A DNA stretch of 64,000 bases from an uncultured Candidatus Altimarinota bacterium (GTDB taxonomy: Bacteria; Patescibacteriota; Gracilibacteria; BD1-5; UBA2023): positions 4,685 through 68,684 of the forward strand of contig CAVXMT010000005.1 of assembly GCA_963763105.1 (NCBI GenBank). Direction: 5' to 3'. Each line of letters opens with the position of its first letter. Position 1 is the first letter of the stretch. A program made the position numbers and the translations under genes. Positions 23,205 to 34,344 of the stretch are shown piece by piece. The notes beneath the pieces were generated by a model, which did no database searches, was not told the origin of the DNA, and saw only the letters and a list, made by a program, of their open reading frames with translations.

Positions 23205-24047
23205 ATGCCAATCAAGAAGTATAAGCCTACCACCCCATCTCGCCGTTTTATGACAGGGCTTACATATGAAGAACTCACTACCAATGAGCCGTATAAGCCA
23301 CTTACAACATATAAAAAAGATCAAGCAGGTCGCAATCATGCTGGGCGTATTTCAGTCCGTCATCAAGGTGGAGGGCATAAGAAACTCTATCGTATTGTAG
23401 ATTTTATTTTCGATAAGATTGATATTGCTGCTCGTGTGGAGACTGTCGAATATGATCCATACCGTTCTTCATTCATTGCTCTTGTTTGTTATAAGGATGG
23501 AGAAAGAAGATATGTTCTTGCTCATACAGAGACAAAAGTTGGTGATGAGATCATTACAGCACGACAGGCAAAACCAATCCCAGGGAATCGTATGGAAATC
23601 GGAAATGTCCCTACAGGTCTTTTCGTACATAATGTCGAGATGATTGTTGGACAAGGAGCAACCGCTATTCGATCGGCTGGATCGTCTGCACTTGTTCTCT
23701 CTCAAGAAGGCGAATACACACAACTCAAGATGTCAAGCGGAGAAATCAGACTTGTCCACAAGAATTGTTTCGCTACCATTGGAGTTGTCTCAAATGCTGA
23801 TTGGAATCAGATAACTATCGGTAAGGCAGGACGATCACGTTGGATGGGAAAAAGACCTACAGTTCTCGGTTCTTCTATGAATCCAGTCGATCATCCACAC
23901 GGATGAGGTGAAGGACACCAATCAGTCGGTCAGAGAAAGGGTCCAAAAACTCCATGGGGACAACTCGCTCGTGGTGTCAAGACTCGTTCTCGAAAATACA
24001 CAGACAGATGGGTTCTTCGTACTCGTGCTGGAAAACTTCAGGGCTAA
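23205..24047 (+). CDS. rplB: 50S ribosomal protein L2
   Basis: SSMNPVDHPHG-G(TGA, 23904-23906)-GEGH. This is the universally conserved HPHGGGEG motif. Confidence 0.97.
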
Positions 24048-24075
24048 TTCAATCTAAACTTTAATTTCTCTTATT

Positions 24076-24339
24076 ATGACTCGTAGTCTTAAAAAATGAC
24101 CATACATTGATCCTCGTGTCTCAAAAAAAATTGAGGTACTCAATGCAAGTGGAAGAAAAAATGTTATCAAGACATGGTCTCGAGCATGTATGATTGCTCC
24201 AGAATTTGTCGGACATACATTTGGAGTTCATAATGGAAAACAACATATTCCAGTCTTTGTCACAGAAGATATGGTATGACACAAGCTTGGAGAATTTTCT
24301 TTCACTCGACGATTCCAAGGACATTCTGGAAATAAATAA
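24076..24339 (+). CDS. rpsS: 30S ribosomal protein S19
   Basis: MTRSLKK-G-PYID...[29 protein letters not shown]. Confidence 0.95.
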
Positions 24340-24392
24340 TAGAAAATTCCAGAAATGGAAAAATTCAATCTAAACTCTAAAATCTTCATTTT

Positions 24393-24719
24393 ATGAAAGC
24401 TTCTGTACAAAATGTTCGCATCTCACCAAAAAAACTTAATGTGATTGCATTCATTATTCGAAATATGTCAGCAAAGGATGCACTTGATACACTCCGATTT
24501 ATGCCAAAAAAAGGAGCTGATATTATGCATAAGGTTGTCTCAAGTGCTGTAGCAAATGCAACACACAATGACAGTCAATCACTTTCTGAGCTTGTAATCG
24601 CATCCGTAAATGTGACACAAGGTCTTGTATATAAGCGTATCAACCCTATCTCTCGTGGACGCGCTCATCGCATTCTCAAGAGAACTTCCCATGTTTTTCT
24701 TACTCTTTCTGTAAAATAA
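24393..24719 (+). CDS. rplV: 50S ribosomal protein L22
   Basis: Synteny and RISPKKLNVIA...RGRAHRILKRTSH. Confidence 0.93.
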   Translation: MKASVQNVRISPKKLNVIAFIIRNMSAKDALDTLRFMPKKGADIMHKVVSSAVANATHNDSQSLSELVIASVNVTQGLVYKRINPISRGRAHRILKRTSHVFLTLSVK

Positions 24720-24737
24720 TTTTTCTTCTATTTTTCT

Positions 24738-25376
24738 ATGTGACACAAGGTCTCACCTCTTGCATTCCGAATCGGATATATCAAAACTTGGCGTACTACA
24801 GGATATTATAATCGTAGCGATTATGCTCTCCATACAGCGCAAGATGTTGCTATCCGTGCTCTCGTCATGAAGCACTTCAAGAATCTTCCACTTGCGAATG
24901 TATTCATGAATCATAACGGGAATAGCCTCCTTTCTATTACACTTTTCACGTCTCGACCAGCGATCATTCTCGGTACAAATGATGACAATGTAAATAACCT
25001 CAAGGATATTCTCGTGAAGAGATTTCCAGGGTATACATTTACTCTTGAGGTGAAGGAAGTCAAAAAACCTGAACTCTCAGCATCTATTGTCGCTGATTCT
25101 ATTGCTCGTCAGATCGAGAAAAAAATGCCATACCGTCGAGTAATCAAGAATGCTATTGCAAAAACTATGGAAAAAGGGGGACTCGGTATCAAGGTCAAGC
25201 TTGGTGGTCGTCTCAATGGTGCAGAAATTGCTCGTCGTGAAACCTTCAAGGATGGAAGTATTCCAAGCCAGACGATTCGTGCTGATGTAGAATTCGCTTA
25301 TGAAAGAGCAGAGACCCCATCAGGAACAATCGGACTCAAGGTTTGGATCTATAAGGGCGATGTTTTCAAAAAATAA
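24738..25376 (+). CDS. rpsC: 30S ribosomal protein S3
   Basis: M-G-HKVSPLAFRIGYIKTW..., KVKLGGRLNGAEIAR. Confidence 0.95.
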
Positions 25377-25421
25377 ACTTGCAATTCCCAGTTTTTATCT
25401 ATAATCTTAACGATTCTTCTC

Positions 25422-25838
25422 ATGCTACAACCGAGCAGAACAAAATATCGAAAGGCGCATCGTGGTGTTATCAAAGGTCTTGCCACTCGTGGTTCAGACG
25501 TATCATTTGGTGAATACGCGCTTAAGACAACCGAATCTGGTTACATTACATCTCGACAGATCGAGAGTGCCCGAAAGGCTATCGTCCGCTTTCTCAAGAA
25601 GTGAGGCCAACTCTGGATTCGCATATTCCCAGACAAACCATATACAACTCATGCTGCAGAAGCTCCAATGGGTGGTGGTAAGGGAAGTGTCGAAATGTAT
25701 CGTGCCCCTGTAAAACCTGGACGTATTCTCTTTGAAATGGGAGATATCTCTCCAGAAATTGCTAGGGAAGCATTTACGATTGCATCTCATAAGCTTCCTG
25801 TGAAGACAAAAATTCTCATGTCAAAACACGACCTCTAA
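25422..25838 (+). CDS. rplP: 50S ribosomal protein L16
   Basis: [15 protein letters not shown]...APMGGGKGS. Confidence 0.95.
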
Positions 25839-25872
25839 GATTTCTCTGATCCACACTTAAATTCTCTCTCTT

Positions 25873-26082
25873 ATGGTAAAGGCAAAAAAAACATCAAAAG
25901 TTACGAAAGATTTCAAATCTCTCGATACAGTAGAACTTTCAAAAGAACTTACAACAGCAAGAAAAGAACTCTTTTCACTCCGTATGAAGCACTCTGTCGG
26001 TGAACTCAAGCAGCCTCACCTCGTTCGTGTCGCTCGCCGAAGCATTGCTCAGATTTCTACAGCCCTTCATTCGTCTATCTAA
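25873..26082 (+). CDS. rpmC: 50S ribosomal protein L29
   Basis: Synteny and [19 protein letters not shown]. Confidence 0.9.
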   Translation: MVKAKKTSKVTKDFKSLDTVELSKELTTARKELFSLRMKHSVGELKQPHLVRVARRSIAQISTALHSSI

Positions 26083-26102
26083 TTCCCTTACTTCAATTTC
26101 CT

Positions 26103-26351
26103 ATGCGTACTAAGACCGGTGTCGTCACAAGCACTAAGATGCAAAAAACTATCGTCGTCACTGTCGATACTTATAAGACGCATCCAAAGTATCAAAAGCG
26201 CTATAAATCTTCTGTAAAATTTTATGCTCATGATGAAAAAGGACTTGCGAAACTTGGTGACACTGTCACTGTTTCTGAGACTCGTCCCCTCTCTCGTCTT
26301 AAGCGTTGGGCTCTTGTAGAAGATTCTATCGTTTCTATCTCTAGTAAATAA
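26103..26351 (+). CDS. rpsQ: 30S ribosomal protein S17
   Basis: [14 protein letters not shown]...HPKYQKRYK...YAHDE. Confidence 0.93.
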   Translation: MRTKTGVVTSTKMQKTIVVTVDTYKTHPKYQKRYKSSVKFYAHDEKGLAKLGDTVTVSETRPLSRLKRWALVEDSIVSISSK

Positions 26352-26362
26352 TTTTCTTTTCT

Positions 26363-26731
26363 ATGATTCAGGCAGAAAGCAGACTTGTCGTCGTGGATAA
26401 TACGGGTGCTAAAGAAGTACTCTGTATCAAAGTTCTCAAAGGATCAAAGCGTCGCTATGCGAGCGTCGGTGATATCATCGTCGTCTCTGTGAAGCGCGCC
26501 CTTCCAAATGGAAATATCAAAAAGAAAACTGTCTGTAAGGCAGTCGTTGTTCGTACTTCAAAAGAGGTAGGACGTGATGATGGAACCTATGTACGTTCTG
26601 ATGATAATGCATGTGTTATTATTGATGATAAGCTCGAACCAAAAGGAACTCGTATTTTTGGTCCTGTATTCCGAGAACTGAAAGCGAGAGGATATCAGAA
26701 AATTATCTCTCTTGCCCCAGATGTTATCTAG
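26363..26731 (+). CDS. rplN: 50S ribosomal protein L14
   Basis: [18 protein letters not shown]...[12 protein letters not shown]. Confidence 0.96.
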   Translation: MIQAESRLVVVDNTGAKEVLCIKVLKGSKRRYASVGDIIVVSVKRALPNGNIKKKTVCKAVVVRTSKEVGRDDGTYVRSDDNACVIIDDKLEPKGTRIFGPVFRELKARGYQKIISLAPDVI

Positions 26732-26799
26732 GCCCTCGTTCTCGTCACAGAAAAATACAATTCATTCTTCCAAAACTCTAAAATCTCTCTATTCACTCT

Positions 26800-27102
26800 A
26801 TGAAAATTCACAAAGATGATCAAGTCATCGTCATTTCCTGAAAAGATAAAGGAAAAAAAGCAAAGGTTCTCCGTGCAATACCTGGAGATAATGCTATCGT
26901 GGTAGAAGGAGTTGGTATGGTTACTCGCCATATGAAGCGCCAAGGATCTACTCCTGGACAGAAAGTCACTTTTGAAAAACCAATCAATTCTTCCAATGTG
27001 ATGCTTCTCGATCCAAAATCAGGAGAGCCAACGCGTATCGGATACAAAATCGAAAATGGGAAAAAAGTTCGGTTCGCAAAGAAATCTGGAAATATTCTCT
27101 AA
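26800..27102 (+). CDS. rplX: 50S ribosomal protein L24
   Basis: MKIHKDDQVIVIS-G-KDKGKKAKV (KOW motif). Confidence 0.92.
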
Positions 27103-27151
27103 AAAATCTCATCGTATTATTTACTCTATAATACGCCCTTAATTCTCTTCT

Positions 27152-27691
27152 ATGACTTTCAAAGAACAATACATCAAAAAAATTCTTCCAGCACTTGCGA
27201 AGGAGCTCGGTATAGATAACACTATGGAGGTTCCTCATATCGAAAAGATAGTCCTCAACATGGGTATTGGTACATATGTTGCCTCTGGAAATAAAGATTT
27301 TTCAAGTCTCAAGAATGATCTTGCCCTTATTTCTGGACAGCTTCCAAGAATCAATCATGCACGTATAGCTATTTCGAACTTCAAGCTCCGTGAAGGTATG
27401 CCTGTCGGTATGACAGTAACTCTCCGAGGAGATCGTATGTATAATTTTCTCGAAAAACTTATTGCCATTGTTCTTCCTCGAGTTCGTGACTTTCGTGGTA
27501 TTTCTGCTCGTGGATTCGACCAAGAAGGGAACTTCAACTTCGGTATCAGAGAGCACACTATATTCCCAGAAGTTCCTCAGCTTGATGTCGTCAAGTCACA
27601 TGGACTTCAGGTCACAATCAAGATGAAGTCAGGTACTCCTACTTATTCCAAGGCTCTTCTCGAAAAACTCAGCTTTCCATTCAGTAAGTAA
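27152..27691 (+). CDS. rplE: 50S ribosomal protein L5
   Basis: [28 protein letters not shown]...DFRG. Confidence 0.95.
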   Translation: MTFKEQYIKKILPALAKELGIDNTMEVPHIEKIVLNMGIGTYVASGNKDFSSLKNDLALISGQLPRINHARIAISNFKLREGMPVGMTVTLRGDRMYNFLEKLIAIVLPRVRDFRGISARGFDQEGNFNFGIREHTIFPEVPQLDVVKSHGLQVTIKMKSGTPTYSKALLEKLSFPFSK

Positions 27692-27723
27692 TCCTACTCT
27701 CTCTAAAATCTAAATTTCTTTCT

Positions 27724-27948
27724 ATGGCTCGAACAGCTCTCGTCAATAAATGCAGAAATGCTCAAAATGCAGCATCTCGTGCTCATGAAAATGGCAAGGA
27801 TCCAAAATTTGCCACTCGACTCTATCATCGTTGTTCACACTGTGGACGTGCGTATGGATATATTGGAAAATTTGATCTCTGTCGAATCTGTGTCCGTGAG
27901 AAAGCAAATGCCTGAGAACTTATGGGCGTTCGAAAGTCAAGCTGGTAA
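27724..27948 (+). CDS. rpsN: 30S ribosomal protein S14 (Cys-containing form)
   Basis: [24 protein letters not shown]...[11 protein letters not shown]. TAA stop at 27946. Confidence 0.9.
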
Positions 27949-27990
27949 TAGTCCAAAAGAATAATTTTTACTTCCGTTTTTTCTCTTTTT

Positions 27991-28377
27991 ATGATCATCG
28001 ATCCTATCGCAGATCTCCTCACTCGCATCCGAAATGGCTACCTTGCTCGTCTTTCGACTATCGAGGCACCATATTCAAAACTTAAAGCAGAAATTCTCCG
28101 AATTCTCAAGAAGAATGGACATATTGTCAGCTTTACGCTTTCCGAAGAGACTCATACATTTACGATTACTCTTCAGGATGTTCGTAAGACAAAGTATGTT
28201 CCGTCTTTCCGACGTATTTCTCGTCCAGGACAACGTATTTATATTCGTTCTTCTGATATCAAGAAGTCACGAAATGGAGTTGGTATATTTATCCTCTCAA
28301 CTCCGAAAGGAATTGTCACAGGATATGAGGCACATACTCTTGGCGTTGGTGGTGAGCTTCTCTGTGAAATATTCTAA
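27991..28377 (+). CDS. rpsH: 30S ribosomal protein S8
   Basis: DPIADLLTRIRNG...GGELLCEIF. Confidence 0.95.
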   Translation: MIIDPIADLLTRIRNGYLARLSTIEAPYSKLKAEILRILKKNGHIVSFTLSEETHTFTITLQDVRKTKYVPSFRRISRPGQRIYIRSSDIKKSRNGVGIFILSTPKGIVTGYEAHTLGVGGELLCEIF

Positions 28378-28443
28378 ATATTATAAAGCTGGAAATGGTG
28401 GATACTTCCACTTTCCATAACTAATCTCTAAATTCTACTCATT

Positions 28444-28995
28444 ATGTCTCGAATCGGAAAACAACCCGTCAAGCTCCCTACAGGAGTTTCTGTGGAGATC
28501 ACCTCTACAGAGGTAAAGATAAAATGACCAAAAGGAAATCTTTCGTTCAATATTCTTGAATGAGTATCTGTAAAACAAGAAGGAGAAACACTTCTTGTAT
28601 CAGTAAAGAACCCTGAAGCAAAACAAGAACGTGCCTATTGGGGACTTACTCGTGCAATGCTTCAGAATATGACAGTTTGAGTCTCAGAAGGATATACAAA
28701 GAGTCTCGAGATTCTCTGAGTTGGATACAAATTTGATGTAAAATGACCACGAAAACTTGAGCTTGCTATCGGATTTTCTCACAAGGTTAATGTCGATGCT
28801 CCAGAAGGAATTACTATCGAAGTTGATAAAGAAGAGAAAAATAAGATTCATCTCCGTTCTCATGACAAACAACTTCTCGGATATTTTGCAGCGTATGTCA
28901 GATCTCTCAAGAAGCCTGAGCCATACAAAGGAAAGGGAATTAGATATGTCGGTGAATATGTCAGAAAAAAGGCTGGTAAAACAGCTGGAAAATAG
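28444..28995 (+). CDS. rplF: 50S ribosomal protein L6
   Basis: MSRIGKQPVKLP...KKPEPYKGKGIRY. Five TGA-Gly codons. Confidence 0.94.
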
Positions 28996-29033
28996 TCTCA
29001 ACTATAAATTGTCAATTATAAATTTTCTTATCT

Positions 29034-29375
29034 ATGCTTATCAAAGTAAAAAATCGTCTTCGTAGAGCCAATCGTGTCAGAGCTCGTATAGAGTGAACTG
29101 CCATGAAACCTCGTCTCTCTGTCTTTCGAAGCAATACTCATATCACGGTACAGGCAATCGATGACACTACAGGTGTCACCCTTTGTAGCGCACATGATAT
29201 TGCAGCAAAAAAAGGAACAAAGTCAGAACGAGCTCGAGAAGTCGGGGCAACTATAGCAAAGACTATGCTCGAAAAATGAATCACAGCATGTATTTTTGAT
29301 CGAGGTGGATACCTCTATCACGGTCGAGTCAAGGCTCTTGCTGAAGGAGCTCGTGAAGCTGGTCTTGCTTTCTAA
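29034..29375 (+). CDS. rplR: 50S ribosomal protein L18
   Basis: [18 protein letters not shown]...[24 protein letters not shown]. Confidence 0.94.
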
Positions 29376-29412
29376 TCACGATTTATTCCACTTTCTTAAT
29401 AACTCTTTTTCT

Positions 29413-30168
29413 ATGTCAGATATCCAGACTCAAACTCCTCCTGAAACTCTCGAAACTCCTCAAGAGCAATCTGGGGCGCCTTCACAAAGTCGTCCACCTC
29501 GAGATGGTGCTCGAAAGGAACATGGCGATCGTCCACGAGGACCACGCCGTGATGGTATGCGTGAAGAAGAAAAAGAATTCAAAGAAGAGCTTCTTGCTAT
29601 TGATCGAGTGACTCGTGTGACTGCCGGAGGTCGTCAGATTCGATTCCGTGCTTCTATCGTCATCGGTGATGGGAAGGGTCGTATCGGACTCGGTGTCGGA
29701 AAGGCTGGAGAAGTCCAAGTGGCTATCGAAAAGGCTATTCGTGATGCAAAAAAGAATCTTGTGACATTTCAGATCGTCAATGGAACAATTTCTCATGAAG
29801 TTTGTGTAGAATACAAGGCATCGTCTCTTCATATCCTTCCTGCTCATCCAGGTACAGGTATCATCGCCTGAGGTGCAGTACGAAAGATTTTCGCAGTATC
29901 TGGAGTCAAAGACGTCATCGCAAAACAACATGGAGCCCCAAATAAAATCACGAATGCTCGTGTCACACTCAAGGCACTCAGCGCACTCAAGCCTACGGCA
30001 CTCATCATAAAATTCTGATCTCAGAAGGCAGTAGTAGAAGTCAAAGAAGCTCCAGCTCCAAAAGAAGTAAAGGCTTCAGATGCAAAAACAACACCAGAAG
30101 TAAAAGCTGAAAAAGTAGCAAAAGCTGCTCCAGCAAAGAAAGCTCCAGCAAAGAAAAAAGCAGAATAA
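29413..30168 (+). CDS. rpsE: 30S ribosomal protein S5 with P/R/E-rich N-terminal and K/A/P-rich C-terminal extensions
   Basis: AIDRVTRVTAGGRQIRFRASIVIGDGKGRIGLGVGKA core. 251 codons. Confidence 0.93.
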
Positions 30169-30257
30169 TTCACTCAGATACTAGATTTCTGATGACAAAT
30201 TCTAGAAATGGAACAGTCAAACTAAAATCTCATCGCTAAAATCTAATTTCCCAATTT

Positions 30258-30713
30258 ATGACAACTCTTACTACACTCAAGCCTACTCTCGGTTCTCAAA
30301 CACGTTGACGTCGCGTCGCTCGCGGTGTGAGCTCCGGTCTCGGAGGAACATGTGGACGCGGTATGAACGGACAGAACTGTCGTACAGGAAAAGGAAAACG
30401 TTATCCTACATTCGAAGGAGGACAGACTCGTCTTTTTATGCGTACTCCGAAAAAGAGAGGATTCACCGCTTATGCTCCAAAAGAATTTGTCACAATCAAT
30501 CTTGATCAGATCCAGAAGATCGCTGACTCAGGAGTCACGACTATTGACTACGCTGTTCTCTATGAACGTCGCATGATCAGAGAGAAAGGAAAACTTCTTA
30601 AGATTCTCGGTCGCGGTACTCTCACTTCAAAAATTGAACTCATGGCTGACTCAGTCTCTCTCGGTGCTCGCACTATGATTGAGAAAGTAGGAGGGAGTGT
30701 GAATGTTGCATAA
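30258..30713 (+). CDS. rplO: 50S ribosomal protein L15
   Basis: [36 protein letters not shown]. Confidence 0.94.
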
Positions 30714-30760
30714 TACAATCCTAGAAAATAATCTCTCATGAAAATGGGGGATTTTTTGTT
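30681..30760 (+). repeat. left copy of the direct repeat (rplO 3' end plus terminator) bracketing the AbiE cassette
   Basis: GAGAAAGTAGGAGGgAgtGTGAATgT...AATCTCTCATGAAAATGGGGGATTTTTTGTTT, repeated at 32111-32250. Confidence 0.85.
30731..30758 (+). terminator. rplO terminator hairpin
   Basis: ATCTCTCA-tgaaaa-TGGGGGAT followed by TTTTTT. Confidence 0.55.
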
Positions 30761-30763
30761 TTT

Positions 30764-30780
30764 TTGCAATAGTATTGCAA
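30764..30780. promoter_or_regulatory. perfect 8-1-8 palindrome, candidate AbiEi operator
   Basis: TTGCAATA-g-TATTGCAA, 52 nt upstream of the AbiEi ATG. TATACT lies at 30796-30801. Confidence 0.4.
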
Positions 30781-30831
30781 TATTTTTATTATTGGTATAC
30801 TATAACCATGATAAAATCTAATGTATAGTAT

Positions 30832-31425
30832 ATGAAAAATAAGTTTGTACAAATTGCCACTTCAGGAAGTACGGTTTTTTCGTATAGTGATCTTGCATAC
30901 TTTTTCGGAAATGATAAACAAAAATTAACAGCAAAGATTGCTTATTATGCCAAGAGAGGATACCTATATCAGATTAAAAGATGACTCTATTCTCTGGGGA
31001 AAGATTATGATATATTTGAGATGGCAACAAAGATACAGAAACCAAGCTATATCAGCCTGCAATCAGCACTTTGATTTTATGGGATGAATTTTCAGCATGA
31101 TGGAACTATCTATGTGGTAGGATACAAGACAGAAGAGATAGATGTTGATGGTAAGAAAATATCCTTCAAAGTACTGAAGAAAAAAATACGAGAAAACTTT
31201 TCTGGTATCATATCTGAAAAAGGGTACGCAATTGCATCAAGAGAACGAGCTGTCCTTGATACTCTCTATCTCTATAAACAGTACTTTTTTGATAATCTCG
31301 AAGGCATCAATTGGATCGCGGTAAAAGAACTTGTAAAAATCTATGATTCAAAAATCTTCGAAAGGAGAGTGAATATTTTATATGCTAACTATACCAAGAA
31401 TGGATACTATAGCGAGATTGGATAA
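30832..31425 (+). CDS. AbiEi-like antitoxin/transcriptional regulator (type IV TA)
   Basis: Paired with and overlapping an AbiEii gene. N-terminal wHTH-like ...AYYAKRGYLYQIKR-G-LYSL; C-terminal ...RERAVLDTLY. Identification is by family resemblance only. Confidence 0.65.
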
Positions 31426-32104
31426 GGAAAAGCACCGAAATATCATGCTGAATATACTCGTCGATATATATAGAGACTTTGATCTTGGAACTTCTTTGGT
31501 TTTCAAGTGAGGAACAGCTTGTTATTTTGTTTATGGACTTGATAGGTTCTCTACTGATTTGGATTTTGATCTCATTGGGGAAATAGATGAGTCTCTCATT
31601 CTTGAGAAGATCAATACAATTATCTGAAAATACGGAACAGTAAAAAATGTCTATAACAAGAGAAATACGCTCTTTTCTCTCCTCAGTTATGGTGATATAG
31701 ATCACAATATCAAGATAGAGATTTCGAAAAGATGAATCAGAGGATCCTATCACAAGGAGAATTGGCACTCTCTCAGTATGCTCGTCATGGATGAATCATC
31801 TATATTTACCAACAAGCTGTTTGCTCTGACGAACAGAGCATCTTTGGCGAATAGAGACATCTACGATATCTACTATTTCTTCAGAAAATGAGTGGATTTT
31901 GATCAAGATCTCCTCGAACAATTGACAACAAAAAACTATAAAGAATATTTTAGAGATATCATTCTCTTCTTGGATAATCTTCCGAAAAGTCATAGGATTC
32001 TTGAATGACTCGGAGAGGTTTTGGATGAGAAACAGAAGGCGTTTGTCAAAAATGATCTTGTACGAGAATTGCGGTGATTTTTGGAGATGAGGATAGGGTT
32101 TTAA
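31382..32104 (+). CDS. AbiEii-like nucleotidyltransferase toxin (DUF1814 family)
   Basis: LVFK-G(TGA, 31508-31510)-GTACYF...RFSTDLDFD nucleotidyltransferase motif. ...ANRDIYDIYYF. TAA stop at 32102. Confidence 0.75.
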
Positions 32105-32145
32105 TGAGGTGAGAAAGTAGGAGGTACGGTGAATATATAGTTTCC

Positions 32146-32207
32146 GTCATTCCTGCGTAGGTCTTCGATCAAATGGAGTGATACCCTTGCGGTACAGGAA
32201 TCTAGAA
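32146..32207 (+). repeat. REP-like element, copy 2 (long form)
   Basis: GTCATTCCTGCGtagg...N35...ggtaCAGGAATCtAGaAT. Compare GTCATTCCTGCGaaggCAGGAATCcAGtAT at 788. Confidence 0.7.
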
Positions 32208-32218
32208 TAGAAAATCAT

Positions 32219-32247
32219 AATCTCTCATGAAAATGAGGGATTTTTTG
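32219..32247 (+). terminator. duplicated terminator hairpin upstream of secY
   Basis: ATCTCTCA-tgaaaa-TGAGGGAT followed by TTTTTT. Confidence 0.55.
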
Positions 32248-32408
32248 TTTAGTTATTTCATGAAAGAAGAAGTAAAAAATCTTTTCAAAAAAATAATTTA
32301 TGATAAAAAGAAGTTTCTACTTTTCTTTGCTTTTTCCGTTTTTTTCCCTAGAATACGCTCGATTCATTGCTTTTGCATCCATATTTTGTCTTACTAATTC
32401 TTCTCTCT

Positions 32409-33734
32409 ATGATCGCTAATCTCCAAAAAGTCTGGGAAACAGAACATATCCGCAAAAAAATACTCTTCACGCTTGGGATTGTTGTTGTATATAAGCTCCT
32501 TGCGACTATACCAGTTCCAGGAGTGAATATTGCACTATTGGATGCCTTTACTGAGCAACTTCGTGCGAATACACAGCTTGCATTTTTTGGCTCTATTATG
32601 GGAGGTGGACTCGAGCAATTCTCGATTATCCTCATGGGTCTTGCACCATATATCAATGCGACGATCATTATACAGCTTCTTACTGTCATTATCCCTTCAC
32701 TTGAATCACTCAAAAAGGAAGGTGAACAAGGACAGAAGAAAATCAATAATTATACTCGATACCTCACAGTTCCTCTCGCTCTTGCTCAGAGCTACGGTAT
32801 GATCTATCTCTTGAATACTATTATCGGAACTCAGGCTGGTGGTGGTGGGGCAAGCATTATAGATACTACCAATTTTTGGTGAGTAGTCCTTCCTGCGATG
32901 CTTGCTATTACCGCAGGTACTATGGTTCTTCTCTGGCTTGGTGATCTCATCACAGAGTCTGGTATAGGAAATGGAAGCTCGATCATCATCTTTGCCTGAG
33001 TCCTTGCCTGAGTTCCTCAGCATATATTGAATTATGTGACAACGGAAAACTACGGGCTTCTTCTTATTCTTGCGCTTCTTACAGTAGTCGTCATCTATAT
33101 TATCGTGAAGTTCACAGAATGATATAGGAAAGTTCCTCTTATCTATACACGCACAGGCCGAGATGAGCGATCGTATTTTCCTATCAGAGTCAATCAAGCA
33201 GGAATGGTTCCTATTATCTTCGCCGTTTCTCTTATCACTTTCCCTTCTCTTATTGGACAGATTCTCCAGCGTCGTGGAACAGGGATGGGTGCAAATGTGG
33301 GAGAATGGCTCGCGACAAACCTTTCTATGCAAAATCCAGGATGGATATATATTCTTGCGTATGCTCTCTTGGTTCTTGGATTCTCATTTTTCTATGTATC
33401 TATTACCTTCAATACGACAGAAGTCGCAGAAAGTGTCCAGAAGCGTGGTGGATATATTCCAGGAGTTCGTCCAGGAAAAGAGACAGCGACATATCTTCAA
33501 AAAGTTTCTGATAGACTCAATCTTTTTGGTGGTGGATTTCTTGCGCTCATTGCTGTATTTCCATATCTTGCGACAAAAATAGTTCCTCTTCTTGGATTCT
33601 CATCAGCTGGTGCTACACAGATAGATTTTCTCATCTCTGGTTCTGGACTTATCATCGTCGTCGGAGTCATCCTTGATATTATTCGTCGAATTGATACCGA
33701 TATGAAGAGTTTTGATTATAAGAAATTCCATTAA
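32409..33734 (+). CDS. secY: preprotein translocase subunit SecY
   Basis: [18 protein letters not shown]..., [46 protein letters not shown]. Codons 32880-33204 verified in frame. Confidence 0.95.
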
Positions 33735-33736
33735 TT

Positions 33737-34336
33737 ATGAAAATCTGCGTCTGGGATACAGAGACAACGGGATTCGCCACGAGAGGAGGAGACCTTTCTC
33801 AACAGCCCTATATTATACAATTTGCTGCAATAGAGTGAGAAATTGAAGGAGGAATATATCGTGAGATCACGCGTCACAATATGCTTATCAAGCCATTTAT
33901 ATCAATTCCTTTTTGAGCCTCCCAGGTCAATGGAATCTATGATAAAGATGTCGCAGAATGTGAGCATATGAAGAGTCATATCGATGATATTCTCCGCGTT
34001 CTCAATAGATCTGATCTTGTCGCCTGACATAATATCGAGTATGATGAAGAGATTCTTTCTTATGAGCTTGCGAGACTTGGAAAGAAGGGGGAATATGCTC
34101 CACAGAAAACTGCATGTACGATGCGATCATCGACTGATTATTGTAAGCTTCAATGAAGAGGATTTGCCTATAAGCCTCCTAAACTTTCAGAACTCCATAA
34201 GCATCTTTTTGGTGAATTTTTCGAAGGTGCTCATGATGCTCTTGTCGATGTTGAAGCGACGATGCGATGCTTTGTTGAGCTTATTCGTCTTGGAGTCATA
34301 GTTCCTGAGACGTCGAATGTGATGAGATTATTCTAG
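33737..34336 (+). CDS. DEDDh 3'-5' exonuclease (DnaQ/epsilon-like)
   Basis: ExoI VWDTETTG, ExoII VA-G-HNIEYDEEIL, ExoIII GAHDALVDVEAT. Confidence 0.8.
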
Positions 34337-34344
34337 ATATTGTT

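Larger units (their letters stand above)
32111..32250 (+). repeat. right copy of the direct repeat (duplicated rplO 3' end plus terminator), split by a REP-like element
   Basis: GAGAAAGTAGGAGGtAcgGTGAATAT...[60-nt insert]...AATCTCTCATGAAAATGAGGGATTTTTTGTTT. Confidence 0.85.
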
